A stretch of DNA of 32,820 nt from an uncultured Eubacteriales bacterium (GCA_964612155.1 CAZTDA010000001.1:1-32820); one strand, 5' to 3'; shown: positions 15,084 to 24,337, counted from the first letter of the stretch. The notes: a model not told the origin generated them from the sequence alone. A program made the numbers and translations.

Positions 15084-17959
15084 TGTATAAACCCTAAACA
15101 ATTTAGGTCTATATAAACCTCGTCCCAATCCTTATAATCAGCGGCAAGCACAGTGATTTCGCCGTCTTTCCCACACGCCGAAATCGCTTCTTCATACCCC
15201 GAACCCGAAATCGGCAGCCGCATATTGTAAAACTGCCCGAACCCGTCTTTGGCGGGCGCCGAAAACAAAACCATCGAGCCCCCGAATTGATTAGCAATCT
15301 CCGCCGCATTGTCACCCGCACAAATACTGTTGGAATAGTTTAACGCGGACTTCACGTTCGGAATATCCTTGATCAAATCAAAAAACTCGGTCGTCTCGGT
15401 CAAAACCAGCCGATTCTGCGCATATACGGCGATGCCATATTGCGCGGCCATCTCTCCGATCTGCGCAAAAGCGTTCACAAAACTCTGTTTGGCCATGTCG
15501 ATACTGAAACTGCATTCGGCATTCCGGTGCATCTGCACTAAAATGCCCTTGCAGCGGTATTTTGCCGCCTTTTCGAGTACATTTTCAATATACGCCATCG
15601 ACTCCGATTTACGTTCCTTAAGGTTATCGAGCAGTGAAAGCCCCGGATAGTGGTCGAGCACCGCCGAAAAATCCACAAGCACGCCCACGTTTCTCCGGTT
15701 CAAAAAGTCCGCTTCCCGCTCTGCCTCTCCGACCTCAAGCCGATGCAGATACTCCGCCGGGATCATAATCCCTTTGAAATGGTGCTGAAACGTCGGGTTA
15801 TTAAGGACAAATTCTTTTACGTTGCCGGAAAATCCCGAAATCGAAAGATAGAGGCTATTTGGATTCGCCTTCGGAACGCTCTCGGGTTTAAGCGCAAGTG
15901 GCTTTTCAATCCGCACTTCGAAAATTTTGGTATCTCCGCTTTTTAAGAAATACCCTTTCGGAGTGACAGCTTCTTTCGCTTCCCCGTTATGGAACGGGAA
16001 GAACTGTTCATTCTCCGGAATGCCGTCCTCAATCGGCAGCTCCCGCACCGAGGAAACACCGTATTCGCTGCTTTCTATTTGAAATTGCTGTGTTGAAAAG
16101 CTGCTGTTCGAAACATAAAGCGTCAGCGTCTTTTCATCTTTGACGGCGGCACAGTATTGCAAGTCGCGGTTGTCGGGGCGCGCTATATACAGCCGGTCAA
16201 AGACATCGCCCAAATACGCCTTGACAAATCCGGAGAAGTCCATCGGCTTGCAAATGTTCTTGTTCGGCTCGTTTTCCGCCGAATACCCGCCGTTATCGAC
16301 AAGTCCGTCGGACAGTAAAAACACCGTGACCGAGCCGTCTCCGAATTTATTTTTCAATACGAGCGGCATGCCATTTTTATCGGATACAGTAATCTCTGTT
16401 CCCGCAAGCGGCTTCACCGCATAAACATTGCCCTTTTCGGAATAATCCGCCCCGTTATAACGAACCGTATACGCTTTTTCCGCTTTCGTCCCCAATTCCT
16501 CAATCCCGAATAACCGCTCGGCCTCGACATCGTATTCCTTGATCTTTTCAAATGCTTCCTTCAACGTGTCGGCAAAAACAATCAAATCCCCGCCGTTTTG
16601 CACATACCGTTTTAAAATATCGTAAAACTCTAAGGTCAATTCCGTTCCGTTCGTGACGAGCGCCGCTCTGTACTGCGACAAAATTTCATAACGCACATCG
16701 TTTAACAGCACATCGGCAATCTCCCCGTAGGGAGTCGCGGTCAAAAAGCCGCTCTCGTCGCGGAAAAAGCCCGCGTTTTCATAACCCGGGTACAACATCG
16801 AAAACAACCCGTGCAGCTGATAATCCCCGCTGCGGTAGGGCAGATTTCCCCAGACCTTGTAGATATCCTTGGCGTATAAATGCCTCGGCGGATTCCATCC
16901 CGCAAAAAAGTCGGTGACAAGCGCCAGCGGCGTATAAAGCGTGCCGGGTCGCCCGTGTTCGCGGACATATTCGCCGCAGTATTGTTGAATTTTCCCCACC
17001 GGGGTCAGGGTACAGGTGGACTTGTCTTTGTCCATCAGCACTTCCTGATTCGTCAGCCGCTTTTCCACGCTGTCGCCCATAATCCAGCCGTTTTCAAAGC
17101 CCAAAATCTCGCATCCGTATATATAGTGGCTGTATATCAGCCGCCGCAATAACGACAAACTGGTTCCGCAGTCCTCGCCCCACTCGTACCCGTCTTTGCC
17201 GGAGGACTCATAACACTTATATCCCCAACGGTTCCAGATCGAGGCGTTTCCAAACATCAACAGCCCGTATTGTTTGGCCGCACCCCGAATGAACGCAAAC
17301 CACATCGAGCTGTTCGGAAGCGCCTGCGCGGTCTCGGCCCCGAGCATGATGGTATTGCCCTCTTTGGCGAAATAATGTAAAAAGGGCAGCGAAGACAGCG
17401 TGACCATATGGTTTTTCATCGCGTTTCCGAGTTTTTCGAAATGGGCTTGAAAATGTTGATATTGCTTTTTGCGGGAGTCCGCAACCGGCGACGCAAACTT
17501 TGCATAACCGCCGATGTAGCGCCCATCCTGTTCCCCGTTGTCGAATCCTAAAAAATGATCGCCGAGCCGTTTGAGCGCGTCATGCGCTTTTTGGGGAACC
17601 GCATACTCACCCCAGATCACATCTTCCTGCGGCTGGCTGCCGGGCACATAGCCCCAGAAGTCAAACATATAAAGCCCTAGCTTTTGAACTTCCTCGGCGA
17701 GCTCCTCAAAGTTTTCGGCAAACAGCGTTTTATACACCGGCCACAAGACATTCCCGAGCCGGAAAGTTTTTGTATATAAATCGATTTCTCCTTTGATGTC
17801 GGTGAGCATTTTGGTTTTGTTATCCTCGGAGAACACCCGCAGCGACGTGAATTGAATCTCGTTGTTCAACGCCTCCCGCGTGACCGCCTTGGCATGGCGT
17901 TCCTTATAATCGGGATAATTCTCGGGTTTTACCGGATGCGCGTAAATTCGTTGGCCCAT
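15080..17959 (-). CDS. Large cytoplasmic protein of unknown function (959 aa), possibly glycoside-hydrolase-like TIM barrel plus a C-terminal xylose-isomerase-like barrel
   Basis: ATG at 17959 with GGAGGG 6 nt upstream. No signal peptide or TM segment. The N-terminal third has the motifs FDFWGYVPG, GFDNGEQDGRY, GAETAQ and NASIWNRWGY. The C-terminal ~250 aa loosely resemble sugar-phosphate isomerase/epimerase barrels. The domain guesses are by eye only. Confidence 0.85.
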   Translation of the reverse strand: MGQRIYAHPVKPENYPDYKERHAKAVTREALNNEIQFTSLRVFSEDNKTKMLTDIKGEIDLYTKTFRLGNVLWPVYKTLFAENFEELAEEVQKLGLYMFDFWGYVPGSQPQEDVIWGEYAVPQKAHDALKRLGDHFLGFDNGEQDGRYIGGYAKFASPVADSRKKQYQHFQAHFEKLGNAMKNHMVTLSSLPFLHYFAKEGNTIMLGAETAQALPNSSMWFAFIRGAAKQYGLLMFGNASIWNRWGYKCYESSGKDGYEWGEDCGTSLSLLRRLIYSHYIYGCEILGFENGWIMGDSVEKRLTNQEVLMDKDKSTCTLTPVGKIQQYCGEYVREHGRPGTLYTPLALVTDFFAGWNPPRHLYAKDIYKVWGNLPYRSGDYQLHGLFSMLYPGYENAGFFRDESGFLTATPYGEIADVLLNDVRYEILSQYRAALVTNGTELTLEFYDILKRYVQNGGDLIVFADTLKEAFEKIKEYDVEAERLFGIEELGTKAEKAYTVRYNGADYSEKGNVYAVKPLAGTEITVSDKNGMPLVLKNKFGDGSVTVFLLSDGLVDNGGYSAENEPNKNICKPMDFSGFVKAYLGDVFDRLYIARPDNRDLQYCAAVKDEKTLTLYVSNSSFSTQQFQIESSEYGVSSVRELPIEDGIPENEQFFPFHNGEAKEAVTPKGYFLKSGDTKIFEVRIEKPLALKPESVPKANPNSLYLSISGFSGNVKEFVLNNPTFQHHFKGIMIPAEYLHRLEVGEAEREADFLNRRNVGVLVDFSAVLDHYPGLSLLDNLKERKSESMAYIENVLEKAAKYRCKGILVQMHRNAECSFSIDMAKQSFVNAFAQIGEMAAQYGIAVYAQNRLVLTETTEFFDLIKDIPNVKSALNYSNSICAGDNAAEIANQFGGSMVLFSAPAKDGFGQFYNMRLPISGSGYEEAISACGKDGEITVLAADYKDWDEVYIDLNCLGFIQ

Positions 17960-17992
17960 TTCATACCCTCCGTTTTCGCTGACATATTTGGG

Positions 17993-18098
17993 TTAGTGTA
18001 AAGTTTAAAGTGTAAAATGTAAAGTGACATCTCCGAGTGATTTAACAGTTTTAGCTTTGGAATTTTCACTTTCAACTTTACGTTTTACACTTTACACT
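17993..18098. repeat. AT-rich GTAAAGT-word inverted repeat (copy C), 33-nt arms
   Basis: The left arm at 17995-18027 and the reverse complement of the right arm at 18066-18098 agree at 27 of 33 positions, with a 38-nt loop. The right arm supplies the last codons of dusB (AAG TGT AAA GTG TAA). Confidence 0.9.
17995..18023 (-). promoter_or_regulatory. Promoter-like element inside the AT-rich repeat, facing the 959-aa gene
   Basis: The minus strand reads TTTACA (18023-18018), 17-nt spacer, TACACT (18000-17995). This lies about 36 nt upstream of the ATG at 17959. Confidence 0.3.
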
Positions 18099-19041
18099 TG
18101 GCAACAACTTCTTTTGCCAACTCCCTGATCTCCTCTAAATCTCTCGCCATCACCGCGCGCTTGCGAAAGGTCGCCGCGCCCTGCACGCCTTTGATATACC
18201 ACGCCGCGTGCTTGCGGCAGTCCAAAATTCCGTGCTTTTCACCCCTGCGTTCGCAGGTGAATTCACACTGCCTGATCATTGTCTCCATGCGCTCTTTTAC
18301 AGTGGGTTCGGGGCTGCCAGAGGCGATCTCGGCAAAAATAAACGGGTTGCCCAAAGCGCCTCTTGCCACCATTACGATCTCACATCCAGTGGCTTTTTTC
18401 ATGTCTTCGGCGTCTTTGGCATTCATAATGCCGCCGTTGGCAATTACGGGTATTTTTAATGCCTCTCGCACCTGACGGATGATCTCTCTGTCGGCGTCTC
18501 CTGCATACCCCTGCGCTTTGGTACGCCCGTGCACCGCCACTGCCGCCGCGCCGTTTTCCTGCGCCATCAAGGCGAATTCGACAGCGTTGACATTGTCACT
18601 GTCCCAGCCCTTGCGAATTTTCACGCTGATTGGCAGATCGACCGCCGTTGCCACCGCTTTAATAATCTCCCCCGCCAGTTCCGGTGTCCGCATCAGCGCT
18701 GACCCGCAGCCGTTTCCGGCCACCTTCGGCACCGGACAGCCCATGTTGAGGTCGATAAAATCCGGCTCGAATTCGGCAGCCAGTTTCGCCGCCTTTGCCA
18801 TAATCTCCGGCTCGCTGCCGAACAATTGAATGCCACAGGGGCGCTCATTTACGGTAAAAGTCATCAGCTCGCGGCTCTTTTTGTCTTGAAAACACAACGC
18901 CTTTGCGCTGATCATCTCGGTCACGGTGAACACCGCGCCGTAGCCTTTGCAAATTTCCCGAAACGCCGAATCGGCCACGCCGGCCATCGGAGCCAGCGCA
19001 GCACCTTTGATTTTATTGAAGTCGAAATTTGATTTGCTCAT
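18085..19041 (-). CDS. dusB: tRNA-dihydrouridine synthase
   Basis: 318 aa. LAPMAGVADSAFR, DLNMGCP, VKIRKGW, VHGRT. The start overlaps the upstream stop (ATGA). Confidence 0.92.
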   Translation of the reverse strand: MSKSNFDFNKIKGAALAPMAGVADSAFREICKGYGAVFTVTEMISAKALCFQDKKSRELMTFTVNERPCGIQLFGSEPEIMAKAAKLAAEFEPDFIDLNMGCPVPKVAGNGCGSALMRTPELAGEIIKAVATAVDLPISVKIRKGWDSDNVNAVEFALMAQENGAAAVAVHGRTKAQGYAGDADREIIRQVREALKIPVIANGGIMNAKDAEDMKKATGCEIVMVARGALGNPFIFAEIASGSPEPTVKERMETMIRQCEFTCERRGEKHGILDCRKHAAWYIKGVQGAATFRKRAVMARDLEEIRELAKEVVAKCKV

Positions 19042-19520
19042 GTCGTAAACTTCCGATACCCGTCGAGCATCGCGTCATATTGTTTCATAAATTCCGAAAA
19101 ACCCGAGATTTTTTTTAAAATTGTAAACGCTTCTGTTACAGATTGTATAAATTTCGGATCAATATACTCGCTGCCGTGCAAAACCAGCGGACAAACATAG
19201 GTTGCTCTCGGATCTGGTTGAATTTCAATGATATCACCGTTAAAAACCGGCACAAACGGATAAATACGGCAGGCCATCGGCCGCCATTCGCGCTTGCACC
19301 GCCCCTTGCAGACCGCCGTGTCGAAGCCTTCTTTTTGTGAAAAGGCCAAGAACCGCTGACTGGTCAAGAAGTCCTTTTCGAACGGGAATAAAATCATGCC
19401 GTCCTCATCATTGCCTTTGCAGCAGCGCTTATTGCAGAGTTCTCCGCAGTCGGCTTGAATCGGGGTCAATTCGTCGAGCTGAGCATAAGCCCGCTCCCAA
19501 ATCTGAGAATAATCTGTCAT
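19038..19520 (-). CDS. Cys-rich protein, YkgJ/CxxCxxCC-type putative zinc- or iron-chelating domain
   Basis: 160 aa. [13 protein letters not shown], then [19 protein letters not shown] and YVCP, giving 8 Cys in total. ATGA overlaps at both ends, with trmB upstream and dusB downstream. Confidence 0.7.
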   Translation of the reverse strand: MTDYSQIWERAYAQLDELTPIQADCGELCNKRCCKGNDEDGMILFPFEKDFLTSQRFLAFSQKEGFDTAVCKGRCKREWRPMACRIYPFVPVFNGDIIEIQPDPRATYVCPLVLHGSEYIDPKFIQSVTEAFTILKKISGFSEFMKQYDAMLDGYRKFTT

Positions 19521-20194
19521 AGCGGCCTCTGACCGCAGTCATTTTTTTGCGCGATTAAAAACATCGCCTTTTTGCCCTCGGCGGCAAACATCTTTTCGTG
19601 TTCGGTCTCGATGTTCTGTTCATAATCACTGTTTGCCAAATCGATCGTCAGATAGACAATCTCAAATCCGCTCTCGGCAAAATATCCGAGTGATTCTTCA
19701 AACAGTTCCTTATCGTCGGTTTTAAAGTAGATTTTCCCGCCGTCTTTCAAAAAATCCCGATATTTGATGAGCTGACGGGTGTGTGTCAAGCGCTTTTTTT
19801 TATGTTTTTGTCGGCTCCACGGGTTACAAAAGTTGATGTAAATGCGCTCGATCACATCTTCGGGTGAAAGCATCCGCTCAATCAAACCGATCTCCTGCGA
19901 CATGATTTTGACGTTTTCGATCGGCTTTCCGGCTTCGGCAAACAAGCGCTCGATCGTGCGCTTTGCCACGACCAACACTTCGCTTTTAATATCCACAGCA
20001 ATCAGGTTGATTTCCGGGTGTTGCAAGGCCAGCCGGGCGGCGAATCCGCCCTTGCCGCACCCCAGTTCCAACCAAAGCGGTTGATCTTTTTCAAATGCCG
20101 CTTTCCAATTTCCGCGCCACAATCCCGGCGCGTCAATATGATGTACCCACGCCGCAAGTTCCGGTCTGGCGTAGGGCTTTCTGCGCATTCGCAC
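19517..20194 (-). CDS. trmB: tRNA (guanine-N7)-methyltransferase
   Basis: 225 aa. [13 protein letters not shown] motif and [19 protein letters not shown] start at 20194 with AAGGAG 9 nt upstream; the ATG at 20188 is an alternative. Confidence 0.9.
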   Translation of the reverse strand: MRMRRKPYARPELAAWVHHIDAPGLWRGNWKAAFEKDQPLWLELGCGKGGFAARLALQHPEINLIAVDIKSEVLVVAKRTIERLFAEAGKPIENVKIMSQEIGLIERMLSPEDVIERIYINFCNPWSRQKHKKKRLTHTRQLIKYRDFLKDGGKIYFKTDDKELFEESLGYFAESGFEIVYLTIDLANSDYEQNIETEHEKMFAAEGKKAMFLIAQKNDCGQRPL

Positions 20195-20245
20195 TGTAGA
20201 AATCTCCTTAATTCAATGATTAGTAATGAAAAATTATTTACAGCA

Positions 20246-20319
20246 TTATGCGAATGCGATACGCATCTCGCATAACATTCTTATTTTAAAATTGTTTCCG
20301 CGAATGCGATTTGCATCGC
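20246..20319. repeat. Two related hairpins sharing GCGAATGCGAT-NN-GCATC
   Basis: TTATGCGAATGCGATACGCATCTCGCATAA at 20246-20275 is a 13-bp stem with one bulge and a 3-nt loop. GCGAATGCGATTTGCATCGC lies at 20300-19. The shared 18-mer is identical at 16 of 18 positions. Both lie between the glgA stop and the trmB start. Confidence 0.8.
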
Positions 20320-20350
20320 CCAAGCGATTATCTTCCTTTACTTTTATCGT

Positions 20351-21763
20351 TTAAATCGTTTCATACAGCTCCTGATATTGCTTTGCCGAATTGCCCCATG
20401 AGTTGTCGCAGGACGCGGCGTATTTGCGCAGATGCGTCCAATCCTTTTTGTTTTCATAGAGTTTCAGCGCGTCGTCGAGCGTATTTAATAAATTATTCCA
20501 GTCGTACCGCCCCATCACAAAGCCGTTTCCGCTGCCGAGGCGGCAGTCGATGACGGTGTCTTTGAGTCCGCCGACCGGATGGACCACGGGCACGCTTGCA
20601 TAACGCATCGCAATCATCTGCGACAGTCCGCACGGTTCGGTCGCCGACGGCATTAAAAACAGATCCGAGCCTGCGTAGATCTTTCTCGCAAGCGACCCGT
20701 TGAAGCCAAAGTACACGCCGACCCGACCCGGATATTTTTGGCGCATTTTTTCAAAGAAGTCGCAGTACTCATAATCGCCCGAACCGAGCAAAACAAATTG
20801 CACGTCTCGCTCCATCAAGCGGTCAAAAGCGTCGCAGACCACATCGAGCCCCTTAATTGCGACCAGCCGCGTGACCATGGCGATAATCGGTGTCTCGGGT
20901 TTCGGGTCCAGTCCGAATTCCATTTGAAGGGCGGTTTTATCATAGGCCTTTCCGCGTAAATTGGCGGCGGTAAAGTTCGATTTAATTTCGGTGTCCGTCT
21001 CGGGATTATAAAACTCATAATCGATGCCGTTGACAATGCCGACCAGTTTTTGCGCGTTGCTTTTGATGATGTTTTGCAACCCGAAAGCATATTGCGGGGT
21101 CTGGATTTCCTCGGCATAAGTCGGGCTGACCGTGGTCAACTTGTCGCAGCAGACGATGCCGCCCTTCATAAAGTTCAGTTGCCCGTCAAATTCTAAAATC
21201 GGCAGTATACGCTCATCCAGCCCCAATAAGTCGCCGAGGTGGTAGGGGTTGCATAAGCCCTGATAGTTGATGTTATGAATCGTCAATACCGTGCGCACCC
21301 GCTCAAACAGCGGCGTGTCGCGGTACAACGCATGAATGTACACAGGAATCAACGCGGTATGCCAGTCGTTACAGTGAATCACCTGCACCCGCAGTTCCAA
21401 ATTTAACAGCATGCAGATCACGGCCTTGGAGAAAAAAGCGAACCGCTCACCGTCGTCGTCATAACCATAGGGCTTGTCCCGTTTAAAATAATATTCGTTG
21501 TCGATAAAGTAATAATCAACCCCGTCTTTATGCAGCAAAAAAACGCCGCAGTACTGGGTGCGCCAGGAGAGTTTGACGTTGAAGTTCATCAAAAACGTCA
21601 TCTGATCCCGCCAGATTTGCTTGATGGTGCCGTACAGCGGTGAAACAACCGAAACGCGTTCGCCCAGCTTCACCAGCTCTTTGGGCAGCGAGCCCGCCAC
21701 ATCCCCGAGTCCGCCCGACTGTGAAAACGGAGCCACCTCCGAAGAGGCGAAGAGAATGTTCAT
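20351..21763 (-). CDS. glgA: Glycogen synthase
   Basis: 470 aa. MNILFASSEVAPFSQSGGLGDV and the typical GT5 body. GGAGGAG sits 6 nt upstream. Confidence 0.95.
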   Translation of the reverse strand: MNILFASSEVAPFSQSGGLGDVAGSLPKELVKLGERVSVVSPLYGTIKQIWRDQMTFLMNFNVKLSWRTQYCGVFLLHKDGVDYYFIDNEYYFKRDKPYGYDDDGERFAFFSKAVICMLLNLELRVQVIHCNDWHTALIPVYIHALYRDTPLFERVRTVLTIHNINYQGLCNPYHLGDLLGLDERILPILEFDGQLNFMKGGIVCCDKLTTVSPTYAEEIQTPQYAFGLQNIIKSNAQKLVGIVNGIDYEFYNPETDTEIKSNFTAANLRGKAYDKTALQMEFGLDPKPETPIIAMVTRLVAIKGLDVVCDAFDRLMERDVQFVLLGSGDYEYCDFFEKMRQKYPGRVGVYFGFNGSLARKIYAGSDLFLMPSATEPCGLSQMIAMRYASVPVVHPVGGLKDTVIDCRLGSGNGFVMGRYDWNNLLNTLDDALKLYENKKDWTHLRKYAASCDNSWGNSAKQYQELYETI

Positions 21764-21779
21764 GATGCACTCCTCCCAT

Positions 21780-21803
21780 GTAGGGAACGGTCTTGACCGT
21801 TCC
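21780..21803 (+). repeat. GTAGG-headed hairpin
   Basis: GTAGGGAACGGTCTTGACCGTTCC. The 8-bp stem GGAACGGT / ACCGTTCC has a 4-nt loop and abuts the glgA RBS. Confidence 0.8.
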
Positions 21804-21810
21804 GGTTTAA

Positions 21811-21952
21811 GTTAACAGTTAGCAGTTAACAGTGAACAACGTCGGTGTTTTGCCCTGCAAAACTTGCTTTCAATGGAACAACCAATTTATTAACTTCTAA
21901 TTGTCATTTTTCCTGCATTGTCCCTGTACACTTTTAACTGCCAACTGTTAAC
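21811..21952. repeat. 142-bp element with 24-bp inverted termini (MITE-like) between glgD and glgA
   Basis: GTTAACAGTTAGCAGTTAACAGTG (21811-21834) matches the reverse complement of 21929-21952 (GTTAACAGTTGGCAGTTAAAAGTG) at 22 of 24 positions. The GTTTTGCCCTGCAAAAC hairpin lies inside at 21847-21863. Confidence 0.85.
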
Positions 21953-21959
21953 TAAGCAA

Positions 21960-23081
21960 TTAAACAACCCCGTTTTTGGGCACAAACAGCGGGTTTTCGG
22001 CACAGCCGACCAATACGCGCCCGTCGGTAATCACGGTGTTTTTGTCGCAGACAAGGCCGGTGATGTCGGCGTTGTCGCCGACGGTGCAGCCCTGCATTAA
22101 AATGCAGCCCTTGATTTTTGCGTTTTTGCCCACCGTGACGCCGCGAAACAGCACCGAATCACTGACCGAGCCCTCGATCCGGCAGCCGTCGGCAACCATG
22201 GTGTTCGAGACCTCGGCGGCGAGCCCGTAACTCGCGGGCATCTCGTCGCGTACCTTGGTATAGACAGGGTGATTGTTGAAAAGCTCGTCGCGCACCTGCT
22301 TTTTGAGCAGCGCCATGTTTGCGGCGTAAAATTCGCGCATCGAGCCGATGCGCAGCGCAGTTCCCGACACTTCATAAGCGCCGAGCTTGAGCGGTCCGAT
22401 AACTTTTTGCTGTAAAATTTCACGCTCGAAGTCGTAGATGCCGCGCCCCTGCGTCCTGTCGATCAGATCAAGCAAAAACGCTTTGCTCATAAACATCACA
22501 TTCAGCCCGCAATTGTATTCGCCTTCGGTGTTGGGGTCAAGCCGGACGCCTTTGACCGTATTGTTATCTTTGAGTTCATAGGTCACAACATCGTTTAACC
22601 CGTCGCCCGAAAGATGCATTTTTTGATAACAGCAGGTGATGTCGACCCCGCTTTGAATATGTTTCTCCGCAAGTGCGTCGATATCCAGATTGCAGATAAA
22701 ATTGCAGTCGCTGAGCACAAACCAATCTACCGTCTCGTAAAAAATAAAATCATGCGCACTGATCATGGCCTCGACTCTGCCGTGGTATATCCCGGTGCCG
22801 GCCTGCGCATACGGCGGAATAAATACCAACCCGCTTCGCTTGCGCGATAAATCCCAGTCGCGGCCGCTGCGCAGATGATCCATCAGCGATTTATAGTTGT
22901 TTTTGGTGATGACGCCGACCGAGGTGATACCGGCGTTAACCATGTTGGAGAGCGGGAAATCGATCAGCCGGTAACGGCCGCCGAACGGAACCGAGCCGCA
23001 GCTGCGCAGGGCGGTCAGATCGCCGATAAAACTCTCGTGCATATTGGAAAAAATGATGCCGCCGATTTTGTTCGCGCTCAT
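21960..23081 (-). CDS. glgD: Glucose-1-phosphate adenylyltransferase, GlgD subunit
   Basis: 373 aa. Nucleotidyltransferase-like N-terminus lacking the GGxGxRL loop of GlgC (it has [11 protein letters not shown]), plus a left-handed beta-helix C-terminus. ATGA overlap with glgC. Confidence 0.9.
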   Translation of the reverse strand: MSANKIGGIIFSNMHESFIGDLTALRSCGSVPFGGRYRLIDFPLSNMVNAGITSVGVITKNNYKSLMDHLRSGRDWDLSRKRSGLVFIPPYAQAGTGIYHGRVEAMISAHDFIFYETVDWFVLSDCNFICNLDIDALAEKHIQSGVDITCCYQKMHLSGDGLNDVVTYELKDNNTVKGVRLDPNTEGEYNCGLNVMFMSKAFLLDLIDRTQGRGIYDFEREILQQKVIGPLKLGAYEVSGTALRIGSMREFYAANMALLKKQVRDELFNNHPVYTKVRDEMPASYGLAAEVSNTMVADGCRIEGSVSDSVLFRGVTVGKNAKIKGCILMQGCTVGDNADITGLVCDKNTVITDGRVLVGCAENPLFVPKNGVV

Positions 23082-24307
23082 TTTGTCTCACCGTCCTTCA
23101 TGTCCCCGTCGATGATGGATTTGGGTAAAACGGTGCAGCCGCTACCGACCTTGACGCCCGGCCCGATCACCGCAATGCCCCAGCTGTCGCGGCATTCGGT
23201 GCATTCGGGGCGCTGTCCGATCACGCCGGCTTCGCCGATAACGGCGTTTTCACCGACGATTGCATATTGCACACGCGCGCCGGTTCGAATCGTCGCGCCG
23301 CTCATGATGATGCTGTCATACACCTGCGCGCCGTCCTCGATGGTCACGCCCGAAAACACGACCGAAAAATCGAGGTCCCCCGCGATCTCGCAGCCCTCGC
23401 TGACCAGCGAATTTTGAATCACGCTGTTGGTCGAGATATAGTGCGGCGGCTTGACCGGATTGCGGAAATAGATTTTCCACGTCGGGTCGGAAAGATCAAT
23501 CGGTCTTGCGGGGTTCAGCAGATCCATATTGGCCTCCCACAAGCTTTCGATGGTGCCGACATCCTTCCAGTAGCCGACAAACGGATAAGCAAACATCCGC
23601 TCCTTGGCGGCTAACATTTTGGTAATGATGTCTTTGCCGAAGTCGTTGCTGCTCTTGGGGTCGGCTTCATCCTCGATTAAGTACTTTTTCAGCTTTTCGA
23701 AGTTAAAAATATAGACGCCCATGCTGGCTTTGTTGGATTTCGGGTTTTTGGGCTTTTCCTCAAACTCAAAAATTCTTCCGTCGGGCTCGGTGTTCATAAT
23801 GCCGAAGCGGCTCGCTTCGTCGATAGGCACTTCCAGCACCGCAATGGTACAGGCGGCATCGTTTTTTTGATGTTGTGCCAGCATGTCGGCGTAGTTCATC
23901 TTGTAGATGTGGTCGCCCGATAAAATCACCACGTGGTCGGGGTCATATTCCTCAATAAACGCCAAATTCTGATAAATGGCGTTTGCCGTTCCCTTATACC
24001 ATTCGCTGCCTTTGCTGCGTTGATACGGCGGGAGAATATGGACGCCCCCGTTCAGGCGATCGAGGTCCCACGGCAGACCGTTGCCGATGTAGCGGTTCAG
24101 CTCCAGCGGTTGATACTGAGTCAGCACACCGACGGTGTCGATGCCCGAGTTGACGCAGTTTGAAAGAGTGAAGTCGATGATGCGATATTTTCCGCCGAAC
24201 CCGACCGCGGGCTTGGCCATATCCCGCGTTAAAACATGTAAACGGCTGCCCTGTCCGCCTGCGAGCAGCATTGCGATCCAATCCTTTTTTCCCATCTTTC
24301 TCATCAT
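23078..24307 (-). CDS. glgC: Glucose-1-phosphate adenylyltransferase
   Basis: 409 aa. [28 protein letters not shown]. The start is ambiguous among ATGs at 24307, 24304 and 24295. Confidence 0.93.
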   Translation of the reverse strand: MMRKMGKKDWIAMLLAGGQGSRLHVLTRDMAKPAVGFGGKYRIIDFTLSNCVNSGIDTVGVLTQYQPLELNRYIGNGLPWDLDRLNGGVHILPPYQRSKGSEWYKGTANAIYQNLAFIEEYDPDHVVILSGDHIYKMNYADMLAQHQKNDAACTIAVLEVPIDEASRFGIMNTEPDGRIFEFEEKPKNPKSNKASMGVYIFNFEKLKKYLIEDEADPKSSNDFGKDIITKMLAAKERMFAYPFVGYWKDVGTIESLWEANMDLLNPARPIDLSDPTWKIYFRNPVKPPHYISTNSVIQNSLVSEGCEIAGDLDFSVVFSGVTIEDGAQVYDSIIMSGATIRTGARVQYAIVGENAVIGEAGVIGQRPECTECRDSWGIAVIGPGVKVGSGCTVLPKSIIDGDMKDGETK

Positions 24308-24337
24308 CCCTTCGTGGTAAACTTTTATCTATTTGAA

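Noticed and set aside
21811-21952. Integron attC site, prompted by the GTTAAC-containing inverted repeats.
   Set aside because: The core sites do not fit GTTRRRY/RYYYAAC, no integrase is present, and the flanking genes are a conserved housekeeping operon rather than cassettes.
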